Positions 1 through 9,607 are shown, numbered from the stretch's first letter. The stretch: DNA of 64,000 nucleotides from Deltaproteobacteria bacterium RIFCSPLOWO2_02_FULL_50_16 (GCA_001798715.1 MGSF01000022.1:21899-85898); one strand, 5' to 3'. A program made the numbers and translations. Notes: generated by a model not told the origin, from the letters alone.

Positions 1-1
1 A

Positions 2-2674
2 CCGTCGATCCCTCTGCCTGGAGAGGCGCCTCCTCCCGCACAGCCCCCCCAATTGGGGGGGCCCCCCGCCGTCTCCATGCAACCCTTTCCTCAACCCGCA
101 GCCCCAGGGGCCGTAGTCCCTGAACCTGTCCCCACCCCTCAGATGGGTGCGGATCAACCGACACAACCGCTTCAAACCCCCTTGGCGGCGATACCGACGC
201 CTGGAGGTGGAGGCGCGGGACAGCCCTTGGAGACAGGTCCTGAGACGGCCTTGAGGCCCGTGGACAAGGAAGACGTCAAACAGATTGAAGAAAAGGTTGA
301 AGAAGAGGGTGTTTATTTCAACGTGGCGGATGAAGATATCAATGAGGTCATCAAGCAGATTAGCCGGGCGACGGGGAAAAATTTCATCTTGGGGGACAAG
401 ATCCATGGCAAGATAACGATTATTTCCGACCGAAAGATGACAAAGGAGGAGATTTGGGAGACCTTTTTGTCCGCCCTTGAGGTGGCTGGATATACGACGG
501 TTCAGGGGCCAGCCGGTCTTATCAAGCTCGTTGCCTTGAGGGACGCCTTAAGTAGTCCCATTCCACTTTACAAGGATCAAACCCCTTTTACCGACCAGTT
601 TATCACACGTCTGGTGACGCTCAAAAATATCAGCGCCATCGATATGTCCACGGCCATCAAGGCCCTGGTTTCCAAAGAGGGAAATCTCTTTGCCTATCCC
701 GCGACCAATACCCTCATTGTGACGGATACCGGTACAAATATTAAGCGCATCATTGAACTGGTGGAGCAGTTGGATACAGAGGGTCCCCAGGAGACCCTTC
801 AGATTATTCATATCAAGTATGCGACGGCCAAGGACATTGCGGACAAGATTACCCAGCTTTTTGAGGTTGAAGGCTCATCGGGTGGCGGCCAAGGTCAGCC
901 GGCAAGGGGACGGGGGGCACAACAGGTGCAGCAGTTGTCCGAGGTGCCCCCCATTTCCAAGGTGATCCCCGATGAAAGGACCAATACGATCATCATTTTG
1001 GCCACGAAGGTCACCCTGGCCAAGGTGCGAGAGGTCATTGCCAAACTCGATGTCCTTCCCGAAGGGCTTGAAGAGGGAAGGATCCATGTCCACTATCTCA
1101 AGAATGCCAATGCCAAGGAACTGGCCGACACGCTTTCTCAATTGACTCAAGCCGCCCAATCTCGAAGTCAGCAACAGGGAGCAGCAGGAGCCAAGGCGGG
1201 GAGGGCTGCGGCAGGACAACAAGGAGCTGATATCTTGGTTGCCGAGTTTGAAGGGGGTATCAAGATAACGGCGGATGAAAACACGAATGCCTTGATCATC
1301 ACGGCCAGTTCAAAGGATTATCGTACTTTAGTGGATCGTGTGATTGATAAACTGGATATTCCCAGGCGGCAGGTCTATGTGGAGGCCGTCATCATGGAGC
1401 TCTCGATGGACTCCAGTCGGACCTTGGGGACGGGGGTTGTGGGCGGGAAGACATTTACGGTGGGGGGGGCGGATATCGCTGGCTTTGGAAATACCTTTGG
1501 CTTTCTTGATCCCGCCATTTTGGCCTCGGGTTTTGCCGCCGGGGCTGCCAACACGGGGAATACAGTGGATTTCAATCTCCCCTCTACAGGAGGTACCGCC
1601 TCACAGATCAGCGTCCCGGCCTTCTTGGCGGCGATTGTGGCTGTCCAGGGAGACACCGACATCAATATTTTGTCGACGCCCAATTTATTGACGGTGGATA
1701 ACGAGGAGGCCGAGATTATTGTGGGTCGTGAAGAACCTTTTCCCGTGGGACAGGCCTCCACGACGGGGGGGGTTTTGCAAACCACTTTTGAGAGACAACC
1801 CGTGGCCTTGACCCTTAAACTCACACCGCAGATTAATGAAAGTGATAGTGTGCGGCTTCAAGTGGAGCAATCCGTAGAGGACATCTTGCCCTCTACGGCC
1901 CAAGGTCCCCTGGCCTCGCTTGCGGGTCCCTCAACGAGTACGCGGTCTATCAAGACAACAGTGATTGCAAAGGATAATCAAACTATTGTTATTGGGGGTT
2001 TGATGCAGGATCGCTACACGACCCAGGTCCATAAGGTGCCTTTATTGGGGGATATCCCTATTTTGGGTTATTTATTTAAGTCCAAGACAAAGACAAAGGT
2101 GAAGGCCAATTTGATGGTTTTTTTAACCCCCCACGTCATCAGGGAGGCGAATGATTTTCTCACGATTTTAAAAAGAAAGATTGATGAGAGAAACAATTTT
2201 CTTGATAAGAATTTTTCGAAAAAAGATCGTAAACAAATGAGAGAGGCGATTCGAAATCACGCCGAACATCTTTTGGAATATCATGATCCCATTCAGGCCC
2301 CTTATGATTATTCAGGGCCTCCCACAGGCCAATCCGGTCTTATGGAAATGCAACCTTCTGATGTTGAGGGGACTCCGGGAGCGGCACCTCCCCCTTCTGT
2401 GATTGATCTGGAAAAGGAGATAGATGATGATGTGGATCTGTCCCCCGAATCGGAGCCCGGATATTCAAGACAAAAGGCCTCGGATTATCCTGATTGGAGG
2501 CAGTATTCTGAAGAACCCAATGCCCAGGACGAAGAGCAGCCAAGGAAAAAGAAATCCTCCCAAAAAAGACCAGGACGGTATCAGGCGCCGCCCCCTCCCG
2601 AGAAACCCGCCCTCCCCGAACAGAAGGATTCTGACAAGATCTTGTCGGAAGAAGATATGGATCTCGCCCTCTAA
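2..2674 (+). CDS. gspD: Type II secretion secretin GspD (5' end probably upstream of the window)
   Basis: Frame open from base 2. Secretin N-domain repeats (DERTNTII, DENTNALII) and C-terminal KVPLLGDIPILGYLF...LMVFLTPHVI; first gene of the gsp cluster. Confidence 0.95.
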   Translation, partial: PSIPLPGEAPPPAQPPQLGGPPAVSMQPFPQPAAPGAVVPEPVPTPQMGADQPTQPLQTPLAAIPTPGGGGAGQPLETGPETALRPVDKEDVKQIEEKVEEEGVYFNVADEDINEVIKQISRATGKNFILGDKIHGKITIISDRKMTKEEIWETFLSALEVAGYTTVQGPAGLIKLVALRDALSSPIPLYKDQTPFTDQFITRLVTLKNISAIDMSTAIKALVSKEGNLFAYPATNTLIVTDTGTNIKRIIELVEQLDTEGPQETLQIIHIKYATAKDIADKITQLFEVEGSSGGGQGQPARGRGAQQVQQLSEVPPISKVIPDERTNTIIILATKVTLAKVREVIAKLDVLPEGLEEGRIHVHYLKNANAKELADTLSQLTQAAQSRSQQQGAAGAKAGRAAAGQQGADILVAEFEGGIKITADENTNALIITASSKDYRTLVDRVIDKLDIPRRQVYVEAVIMELSMDSSRTLGTGVVGGKTFTVGGADIAGFGNTFGFLDPAILASGFAAGAANTGNTVDFNLPSTGGTASQISVPAFLAAIVAVQGDTDINILSTPNLLTVDNEEAEIIVGREEPFPVGQASTTGGVLQTTFERQPVALTLKLTPQINESDSVRLQVEQSVEDILPSTAQGPLASLAGPSTSTRSIKTTVIAKDNQTIVIGGLMQDRYTTQVHKVPLLGDIPILGYLFKSKTKTKVKANLMVFLTPHVIREANDFLTILKRKIDERNNFLDKNFSKKDRKQMREAIRNHAEHLLEYHDPIQAPYDYSGPPTGQSGLMEMQPSDVEGTPGAAPPPSVIDLEKEIDDDVDLSPESEPGYSRQKASDYPDWRQYSEEPNAQDEEQPRKKKSSQKRPGRYQAPPPPEKPALPEQKDSDKILSEEDMDLAL

Positions 2675-2678
2675 AATA

Positions 2679-2687
2679 TGTTATAAT
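2679..2687 (+). promoter_or_regulatory. Possible extended -10 sigma70 promoter upstream of gspE
   Basis: TGtTATAAT in the gspD-gspE gap, about 30 nt before the gspE ATG. Confidence 0.35.
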
Positions 2688-2716
2688 TCACCGTCTGATT
2701 ATAAGGGGTTATCTTC

Positions 2717-4441
2717 ATGGAAGATCGCAGTCTGGGTGCCATTTTGCTGGAGAATACCAGCCTGACCCAGGAACAACTGGATGCGGGTCTGGCCCTACAG
2801 AAGGATAAAGGGATTCGTTTGGGTGAGGCCCTGGTCCAGTTAAAATATCTTCGTATGGAGGATATCCTCAAGGCGATTTCGATCCAGGTGGGGATTCCCT
2901 ATTTAAATAAGATTGATCCTGACGAAGTCCAGCTTGAGTTGATTGGCAATCTCTCCATCAATTATGCCAAGCGCAATGAAGTGATTCCCTTGAGAAAAGA
3001 GGGTGATGTCATTTCGGTTGCCGTGGCCAACCCCTTTGATCACTGTATCTTGGATGATTTGCGCCTTTTTTACGGGACCCGTATTCGACCTCAGATAGCC
3101 AGTTCTTATGAAATCATTTCTTCCATCAATATCGCCTACAACAAGGTGTCTGAGGTGGGGCAAGATAAGATGGTGGGGGAATTGGAGACGGAAAATCTTG
3201 ATTCGATAGGACAAGAATTGGAAGAAGTTCAGGATCTTTTGGAATCAGCCGATGAGGCCCCCATCATTCGTTTGGTCAATTCCTTGTTGTTTCGCGCCGT
3301 CAAGCAAAAGGCCTCTGATATTCATATTGAACCTTTTGATAAGGACATGATTGTCCGCTTTCGTATCGACGGGATTCTCTATGATATTATGCATCCTCCC
3401 AAGAAGGCCCAGTCCGCAATCACTTCCCGTGTGAAGGTTATGGCGGATCTCAATATTGCCGAAAAGAGACTCCCTCAAGATGGACGCATTCGTATTAAGA
3501 TTGCGGGGAAGGATATTGATATTCGTGTCTCGACGATTCCCACATCCCATGGTGAGTCGGTGGTGATGCGTCTCTTAGATAAGAGCCAGGTGATCAAAGA
3601 CATGGCCTCAATAGGTCTGGCCTCGCGTATTGAAGAACAGATGAAGGAATTAATTCACCGATCTCATGGAATCCTCCTGGTAACAGGGCCGACAGGTAGC
3701 GGAAAAACAACGACATTGTATACAGCCCTGTCGCAGATCAATTCGGTGGATAGGAAGATCATTACCGTTGAAGATCCTGTTGAGTATCAATTGTCGGGGA
3801 TCAATCAAATCCCGGTCAATCCCAAGATTGAGTTGTCCTTTGCCACGGGTTTGAGGGCTATTCTCCGTCAGGATCCCGATGTGGTCATGGTGGGGGAGAT
3901 TCGTGATCATGAGACGGCGGAGATTGCTATTCAGGCGGCCCTGACAGGTCACTTGGTTTTTTCCACTCTGCATACTAATGATGCGGCTTCTTCCATCACG
4001 CGTCTCTTGGACATGGGCATCGAGCCTTTTTTGGTTTCCTCGTCAGTGATTGGGATCATGGCTCAACGTCTGGTGAGGACTGTGTGTCGTAATTGTGCCC
4101 AGAAATATGTGCCGAGTGAGGCAGAACTCCAACAAATGAAAGTTACGCTGGAGGCCCTGAAGGGGCGCAAAATTTATAAGGCCGTCGGTTGTCAGACATG
4201 TGTTCAGACAGGATATGCAGGAAGAACGGGTATTCATGAATTGCTCTTGATGAATGACAATATCCGCGCCTTGATCATGCAGGGGGTGGATGCGAGTACT
4301 ATTAAGAGACAAGTGACTCAGGGTGGAATGAAGACATTGAGGGAAGATGGTGTCCAGAAGGTCTTGATGGGGATCACGACCTTGGAAGAGATTTTTCGTG
4401 TGACCCAGGATGAAGTCGTGACTGAAACAGTAGCCGCATAA
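2717..4441 (+). CDS. gspE: Type II secretion ATPase GspE
   Basis: Walker A GPTGSGKT, LRQDPDVVMVGEIRD, TGHLVFSTLHTN, CxxC pairs; N-terminal LGEALV MshEN-like motif. Confidence 0.96.
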   Translation: MEDRSLGAILLENTSLTQEQLDAGLALQKDKGIRLGEALVQLKYLRMEDILKAISIQVGIPYLNKIDPDEVQLELIGNLSINYAKRNEVIPLRKEGDVISVAVANPFDHCILDDLRLFYGTRIRPQIASSYEIISSINIAYNKVSEVGQDKMVGELETENLDSIGQELEEVQDLLESADEAPIIRLVNSLLFRAVKQKASDIHIEPFDKDMIVRFRIDGILYDIMHPPKKAQSAITSRVKVMADLNIAEKRLPQDGRIRIKIAGKDIDIRVSTIPTSHGESVVMRLLDKSQVIKDMASIGLASRIEEQMKELIHRSHGILLVTGPTGSGKTTTLYTALSQINSVDRKIITVEDPVEYQLSGINQIPVNPKIELSFATGLRAILRQDPDVVMVGEIRDHETAEIAIQAALTGHLVFSTLHTNDAASSITRLLDMGIEPFLVSSSVIGIMAQRLVRTVCRNCAQKYVPSEAELQQMKVTLEALKGRKIYKAVGCQTCVQTGYAGRTGIHELLLMNDNIRALIMQGVDASTIKRQVTQGGMKTLREDGVQKVLMGITTLEEIFRVTQDEVVTETVAA

Positions 4442-4450
4442 TAATGAGTT

Positions 4451-5683
4451 ATGGCAGTTCTAGTTTATAAGGGCATTAATAAAGAAGGTAAGAATGTCAG
4501 TGGCGTGATTGAGGCCGAGAGTGAAAAGGCCGGTCGGATCAAATTGCGCCAAATGGGCATTTTCCCCACCAGTATCAATTCCGAGGGCAAAGGAGGGGGG
4601 GGTGGTTTTAGCCTCAATATGGAGGTTAGTTTTGGGCGGTATTTCCAAAGGGTCAAGGTCAAGGATGTGGCCTTGCTGACCCGGCAGCTCAGCACCTTGA
4701 TTCAGGCCAATATCCCTCTTGTTGATGCCCTGACGGCCCTGATTGATCAAACCGAAAATCCAAAACTTCGACTGGTCATTTCCGATGTCAAGGAAAAGGT
4801 GACCGAAGGTTCTCGCATGGCGGATGCGATGGCCAATCACAAAAAAGTCTTTTCGGAATTGTATGTCAACATGGTGGGGGCGGGTGAGACCTCGGGGGCC
4901 CTCGATGTCGTGATGGATAGGCTGGCTTATTTTACCGAAAACCAGGCCCAATTAAGAAGTAAAATCATGGGGGCCTTGATGTATCCCATCATCATGGCCG
5001 GTGTCGGTTTTGGCTTGGTTGGTTTCTTGATTGTTTATGTTGTTCCCAAGGTGACGAAGATCTTTGATGATGTTCATGCCACATTGCCCTTGCCCACGCA
5101 GATACTGATTGCGATAAGTTCCATTCTGCAAAATTACTGGTATCTCGTCATACTGGGGATCCTATTGGCCGTTTATCTGATCCGGCGCTATTTTAGGACA
5201 CCCGGCGGGATTGCGTTGTTTGACAAGTGGTCCCTTAAGGCCCCCATTTTCGGGCGCCTCTTTCGTATTGTGGCCATTGCCCGGTTTGCACGGACTTTAT
5301 CGACCCTCATGAAAAGTGGTGTCCAACTCCTTAATTCCCTCGATATTGTAAAGAATATAGTCCAAAATACATTGCTGACAGCGGCCATAGAAGAAAGTAA
5401 GGTGAGGGTGCGAGAAGGAGAGAGCCTCGCAGAACCGCTGAAAAGAAGTGGACATTTTCCACCCATGGTCACACATATGATTTCAATTGGCGAAAAAACG
5501 GGGGCCTTGGAGGCCATGTTGGAAAGGATTGCGGATGCCTATGAGATCGAGGTGGATACGACGGTCAGTACTTTGACGACCCTGTTAGAACCTTTGATGA
5601 TTTTGATGATGGGTGGTATAGTCTCTTTTATCGTTATGTCGATCTTGTTGCCAATTTTACAACTTAATCAGTTGGGAGTTTAA
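4451..5683 (+). CDS. gspF: Type II secretion inner-membrane platform protein GspF
   Basis: TRQLSTLI, GETSGALD, ALMYP, GEKTGALE, LLEPLMI motifs of GspF/PilC. Confidence 0.95.
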   Translation: MAVLVYKGINKEGKNVSGVIEAESEKAGRIKLRQMGIFPTSINSEGKGGGGGFSLNMEVSFGRYFQRVKVKDVALLTRQLSTLIQANIPLVDALTALIDQTENPKLRLVISDVKEKVTEGSRMADAMANHKKVFSELYVNMVGAGETSGALDVVMDRLAYFTENQAQLRSKIMGALMYPIIMAGVGFGLVGFLIVYVVPKVTKIFDDVHATLPLPTQILIAISSILQNYWYLVILGILLAVYLIRRYFRTPGGIALFDKWSLKAPIFGRLFRIVAIARFARTLSTLMKSGVQLLNSLDIVKNIVQNTLLTAAIEESKVRVREGESLAEPLKRSGHFPPMVTHMISIGEKTGALEAMLERIADAYEIEVDTTVSTLTTLLEPLMILMMGGIVSFIVMSILLPILQLNQLGV

Positions 5684-5808
5684 CAGGATGTTGATAAAGG
5701 TCCGTCTACTTCGTTGGCCGCTTCGGTCGCTCCTCGACGTACTTGCTAGTACGCCTGCGTTGCGCCTTCAGCGGCCTGCCTCGTATCCGGACCTTTCTCA
5801 ACATCCTG
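5684..5808. mobile_element. 125-bp MITE-like palindromic insertion
   Basis: 21-bp terminal inverted repeats CAGGATGTTGATAAAGGTCCG / CGGACCTTTCTCAACATCCTG (1 mismatch); nested GGCCGCT/AGCGGCC and CGTACT/AGTACG stems; no transposase. Confidence 0.75.
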
Positions 5809-5846
5809 AAAAGTCACTTGGTCAACAGTCTGTTAAAGGAGGAAAT

Positions 5847-6305
5847 ATGTGGAGAAAAATTTTGGCCTCGGAAAGAGGTATGACCTTGATTGAAATCATG
5901 GTGGTGGTGACCATTTTAGGTCTGATCGCTACCATCGTGACGGTGAACGTCTTGGATCGTTTGGAACAGGCAAAGGCCAGTGCCACACTGACTCAAATCA
6001 AAAATCTCGAGACGGCCTTGGATGAGTTTCGCCGTGACAATGGATTTTATCCCGCCACCGAACAGGGTTTGGCAGCCCTTGTTCAAAAGCCGGAGAGCGG
6101 GCGTGTCCCTCATCGGTATCCTCGCAATGGCTATCTCAAGGGAGGGGTTGTTCCTCGCGATTCGTTTGATTGTGATTTTGTCTACTACAGCCCTGGGTTG
6201 CAGGGAAATCCCTATGAAATCACCTCCTTGGGAGCCGACTGTCAGGAAGGTGGTGAGGATGCGGATGCAGATATCCACAGCTACCAGACCACTCGGGAGG
6301 AGTAA
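5847..6305 (+). CDS. gspG: Major pseudopilin GspG
   Basis: AAAGGAGG SD before ATG 5847; prepilin site RG|MTLIEIMVV; DNGFYPATEQGLAALV and SLGAD..EGG..DADI. Confidence 0.95.
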   Translation: MWRKILASERGMTLIEIMVVVTILGLIATIVTVNVLDRLEQAKASATLTQIKNLETALDEFRRDNGFYPATEQGLAALVQKPESGRVPHRYPRNGYLKGGVVPRDSFDCDFVYYSPGLQGNPYEITSLGADCQEGGEDADADIHSYQTTREE

Positions 6306-6918
6306 GAATTTACGGATTTTGTCTGAAGGGGGGATGACTTTAATCGAGCTGTTGGTGGGGTTGGCTATTGTGGCCCTGATGCTCGGTATTGTGACGACCT
6401 CCCTTGATGGACTTTTTGAGACCAATTTCAAGAAAACTACGGCCCGTCTTTCCTCTACTTTAAAATATCTCTACAACAAGGCGGTGACGGAACGCCTCTA
6501 TTTGAGGGTCGTCTTTGATCTTGATGAACAGAGTTATTGGGTGGAGTCTACGAGTGAGGTTTATGTCATTAATCCAGAGGTGGCTCAAAAAGCGGCCGAG
6601 GGTGTCAAGGAAGAGGAGGAGGAGCCAGAGACGCCTCCTGAAGATGCCAATTTTTCCAAGGAAGAATCCTATCTCTTAAAACCGGTGAAACTGCCGGAGG
6701 GTATTTTCTTTAAGGATGTTCAAACATCTTATTTGAATCAAAAGGTGGAGTTGGGTCGTGCCTTTCTTTACTTTTTTCCAAATGGATATGCAACCCCTAC
6801 CATGATTAACTTTCGTGATGAAGAGGATGAAATCAATTATTCGCTGGAGGTGAAGCCTTATTCTGGCCGGGTGGTGATCTTTGATGAGTATGCTGATTTG
6901 GAGAAAGAGGCAAAGTAA
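6265..6918 (+). CDS. gspH: Minor pseudopilin GspH-like (start uncertain: 6265 ATG or 6319 TTG)
   Basis: Prepilin site GG|MTLIELLV, FFPNG motif, position between gspG and gspI. Confidence 0.8.
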   Translation: MQISTATRPLGRSKNLRILSEGGMTLIELLVGLAIVALMLGIVTTSLDGLFETNFKKTTARLSSTLKYLYNKAVTERLYLRVVFDLDEQSYWVESTSEVYVINPEVAQKAAEGVKEEEEEPETPPEDANFSKEESYLLKPVKLPEGIFFKDVQTSYLNQKVELGRAFLYFFPNGYATPTMINFRDEEDEINYSLEVKPYSGRVVIFDEYADLEKEAK

Positions 6919-6942
6919 GAATCAGTGTTTAGAGAGGGCTCA

Positions 6943-7545
6943 ATGGTTTTATTGATGAAGAAAAGCAAAGGTGGTTTTACCCTGATTGAAGTCATGGTGG
7001 CCATTGCTATCTTGGCTGTTTCATTGACGGCCCTGTTTAATTTTCAAAGTAATTCGGTGATTGCCTCCGCCCGTGCTGAAAAAATGGGTATTGCGACGCT
7101 TCTGGCCCGGGAAAAGATGGCCCTTGCCCTGATTGAGCTGGAGGATGCCATCAAGGCGGGTGAATCTCTGGATGAGAAAAGTGAGGAGGGAACCTTTGAT
7201 GACGAGGTTTATCCGGGGTATCGATGGGTACTGACTGTCAGAAAGATTGAGATCCCTCCACCTCCCTTGCCGGAGGGGGGAGAGGTGGATGTTGTTCAGT
7301 CGGTTCTTCAGATGATTACGGAATCGATTTCGGAGGCCATTCGGGAGGTACGGCTCAAGGTATATTGGCGGGAGTTAGAGGATCAGGAGGAAGAGATGGA
7401 AGTGGTGACTCACATGATCCGGAATCGAACGGGGACAGGCAAGCAAACCACTGTGACGTCAGGCAACATTCCAGCTAGCACTCCTCCAGCAAGCACTCCT
7501 GAACCCGCCGAAGAAACGTCTCCTAGGGAAGGCGAAGGTAACTGA
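6943..7545 (+). CDS. gspI: Minor pseudopilin GspI-like
   Basis: KKSKGG|FTLIEVMVAIAILA; gene order. Confidence 0.8.
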   Translation: MVLLMKKSKGGFTLIEVMVAIAILAVSLTALFNFQSNSVIASARAEKMGIATLLAREKMALALIELEDAIKAGESLDEKSEEGTFDDEVYPGYRWVLTVRKIEIPPPPLPEGGEVDVVQSVLQMITESISEAIREVRLKVYWRELEDQEEEMEVVTHMIRNRTGTGKQTTVTSGNIPASTPPASTPEPAEETSPREGEGN

Positions 7546-7550
7546 TACTA

Positions 7551-8249
7551 ATGAGAAACAAAGGTGGCTTTACATTGATCGAAGTGATGGTGGCCGTGGT
7601 TATATTGGCCATGATCACCCTTTTGATTTGGCAGTCCAGTGCCGTGACGATTGTCACGAAGGATCGTTTTGAAAAAGAAGATGATCTCATGCATGAAATG
7701 GCCTTGACGTTGAATCGCATTGCCGACGATCTTTCAATGGCCTTTATATTGGCCCCCACCTCAGAATTTATCGGGAAAAGTCCATCGGGGGAGGTGCTGA
7801 CCAAAACGGAGTTTGTGGGTCAGGACCAAGGAGATCAGGACAAGCTGACATTTAACACCTTTTCAAATGTTCGTTATATTAAGGATACCAAACAATCGGA
7901 TCAGTCTGAAATCACCTATTTTGTTGAGCCACAAGAGGACAATCCTGGACTGTTTAATTTATTAAAACGTCAATCCTCCCCGCTGGACAGTCTTCCGGAG
8001 GAGGGAGGCAAGACACTGATTATGATGGAGGGAATCAAGTCGTTCAATTTGCGGTATTATAGCGAGGGACTCAATGATTGGATTGCCGAATGGAATTCGA
8101 CTTCATTGGAAAATCCTCACAAGATGCCCAAGGCGGTGGAGATCGTCATTACGGTTCCCTATCCCTCGGAAGAGTTAGAGGAAGAAGAAATATTAACATT
8201 TCGGACCGTGGCCTTTTTGGAGATGGCCCCCGGTCCTCATGGATCGTAA
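7551..8249 (+). CDS. gspJ: Minor pseudopilin GspJ-like
   Basis: MRNKGG|FTLIEVMVA; C-terminal W..EW...MPKAVEI. Confidence 0.85.
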   Translation: MRNKGGFTLIEVMVAVVILAMITLLIWQSSAVTIVTKDRFEKEDDLMHEMALTLNRIADDLSMAFILAPTSEFIGKSPSGEVLTKTEFVGQDQGDQDKLTFNTFSNVRYIKDTKQSDQSEITYFVEPQEDNPGLFNLLKRQSSPLDSLPEEGGKTLIMMEGIKSFNLRYYSEGLNDWIAEWNSTSLENPHKMPKAVEIVITVPYPSEELEEEEILTFRTVAFLEMAPGPHGS

Positions 8250-8252
8250 TTT

Positions 8253-8355
8253 TACTAATCAGAAACAAAGTAAGATGACCTCTTTCCATAACAAACCCTT
8301 TGTTTCTGATAGTACTAGCCGCCTTTATGTCCAAATACTCATGATCGGCTTAGTA
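8253..8355 (+). repeat. Bipartite hairpin repeat, copy 1 (62-bp + 43-bp units sharing a TA)
   Basis: TACTAATCAGAAACAAAG...CTTTGTTTCTGATAGTA followed by TACTAGCCG...CGGCTTAGTA; similar to copies at 29875, 36081 and 43821. Confidence 0.75.
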
Positions 8356-8357
8356 AG

Positions 8358-9590
8358 ATGATGTGGCGAATAATTAAAAGTGAATCTGGTGTGGCCCTGA
8401 TTATGGTCCTTTCGGCCGTGGTGATCCTCTCCACCATCGTTGTGGAATTTGCCTACAATGCACACATATCCTACACCATGGCCGCCAATGAGAGGGATCG
8501 CCTACAATCTTATTACCTGGCCCGGTCGGCATTGAATTTTGCCAAGCTTCAGATTTCACTGGAAAAGGACCTAAGGCAGAGATTCGCCAAGTATTCCAAA
8601 TACTTACAAGGAGTTGTCTCCTCGGATCCCTTCTGTAAACAACTCCCGTTCTCCACCGGATTATTTAGGGGGGTCATGGGCGGGGAGGGGGAGGAGGGAG
8701 GAGAGCCGGCATCAGAATCAGGAGGGGGGCTTTTGGGATTGGGGGTCATGGGATCCATTAATGCAGAGGATTTTTTAAGTTTTGAAGGAGATTTTTCAGT
8801 AGAATGTGATGACGAGCAGGGGAAAATCAATTTGAACTATTTTCGCGATGTTGAGGGAGAGATCAATTCTACCACGGGGAGTAACGCTTATGAGGCCCAT
8901 AAGAAATTGATCCAAAATCTTTTGACTCAGGAGAGTTTTGAAAAGATTTTGGAAAATAAAAAGGATGATATCAAAAAAATAGTCAATAACATCGCTGATT
9001 GGGTCGATTCCAATGACCGCATTAATGAGGCGCCGGGGATTGCAGGGGGCTATGAGGATTCGGAATACGACAAATCAGATTACAAGGTGAAAAATGGGAG
9101 ATTTTTAAGTATAGCCGAATTATTACTTGTCGCAAGAATAGGGGATGATTTGTATAATGCCTTACTGCCGCATGTGACTATTTATGGTGACAATAAATTG
9201 AACCCCTGTATTGCCTCTGATGATATGGTTATATCATTTGTCATGCGTTATTCGGAGGAGGAAGAAAATATTCCTGTCCTTAGCTCCGACAAGGATGAAA
9301 GGGTTCAAAAGATTTTGGATGGGGTTTCTGAAGCCTGCATGAACCCGAGTCCGCAGACCAATGATATTGCCACGGCTATTGTGGATGCCTTGGATGTGGC
9401 GGAGAATGAGGCGGGAAACGCAAAGAGCAATATAGCCACAGAGATGGCAAAGCAGTTGACCACGACCAATCGTTTTTACGGCCTCAACTTGACGGGTTTT
9501 GTCGGGGATATTTCCATGAGGATCAAGGCCGTTTTGGATACGGATGGGGCGATGAATAGTTGGAAATTATTGTATTATCGGGTAGAATAG
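8358..9590 (+). CDS. gspK: Minor pseudopilin GspK
   Basis: SESG|VALIMVL (no E5), DEQGKINLN, IADWVD.ND, ELLLV..IG. Confidence 0.9.
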   Translation: MMWRIIKSESGVALIMVLSAVVILSTIVVEFAYNAHISYTMAANERDRLQSYYLARSALNFAKLQISLEKDLRQRFAKYSKYLQGVVSSDPFCKQLPFSTGLFRGVMGGEGEEGGEPASESGGGLLGLGVMGSINAEDFLSFEGDFSVECDDEQGKINLNYFRDVEGEINSTTGSNAYEAHKKLIQNLLTQESFEKILENKKDDIKKIVNNIADWVDSNDRINEAPGIAGGYEDSEYDKSDYKVKNGRFLSIAELLLVARIGDDLYNALLPHVTIYGDNKLNPCIASDDMVISFVMRYSEEEENIPVLSSDKDERVQKILDGVSEACMNPSPQTNDIATAIVDALDVAENEAGNAKSNIATEMAKQLTTTNRFYGLNLTGFVGDISMRIKAVLDTDGAMNSWKLLYYRVE

Positions 9591-9607
9591 GATGGAGAAA
9601 GAAATAC

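Noticed and set aside
5688..5846. 53-aa N-terminal extension of GspG in the ORF track
   Set aside because: It is read-through of the palindromic insertion; the strong SD and normal prepilin leader point to ATG 5847.
6022..6258. Long N-terminal extension of the GspH ORF
   Set aside because: Alternative frame of gspG; far too long for a prepilin leader.
7471..7500. 15-bp tandem duplication in gspI (PASTP twice)
   Set aside because: Two-copy slippage in a low-complexity tail; not an array.
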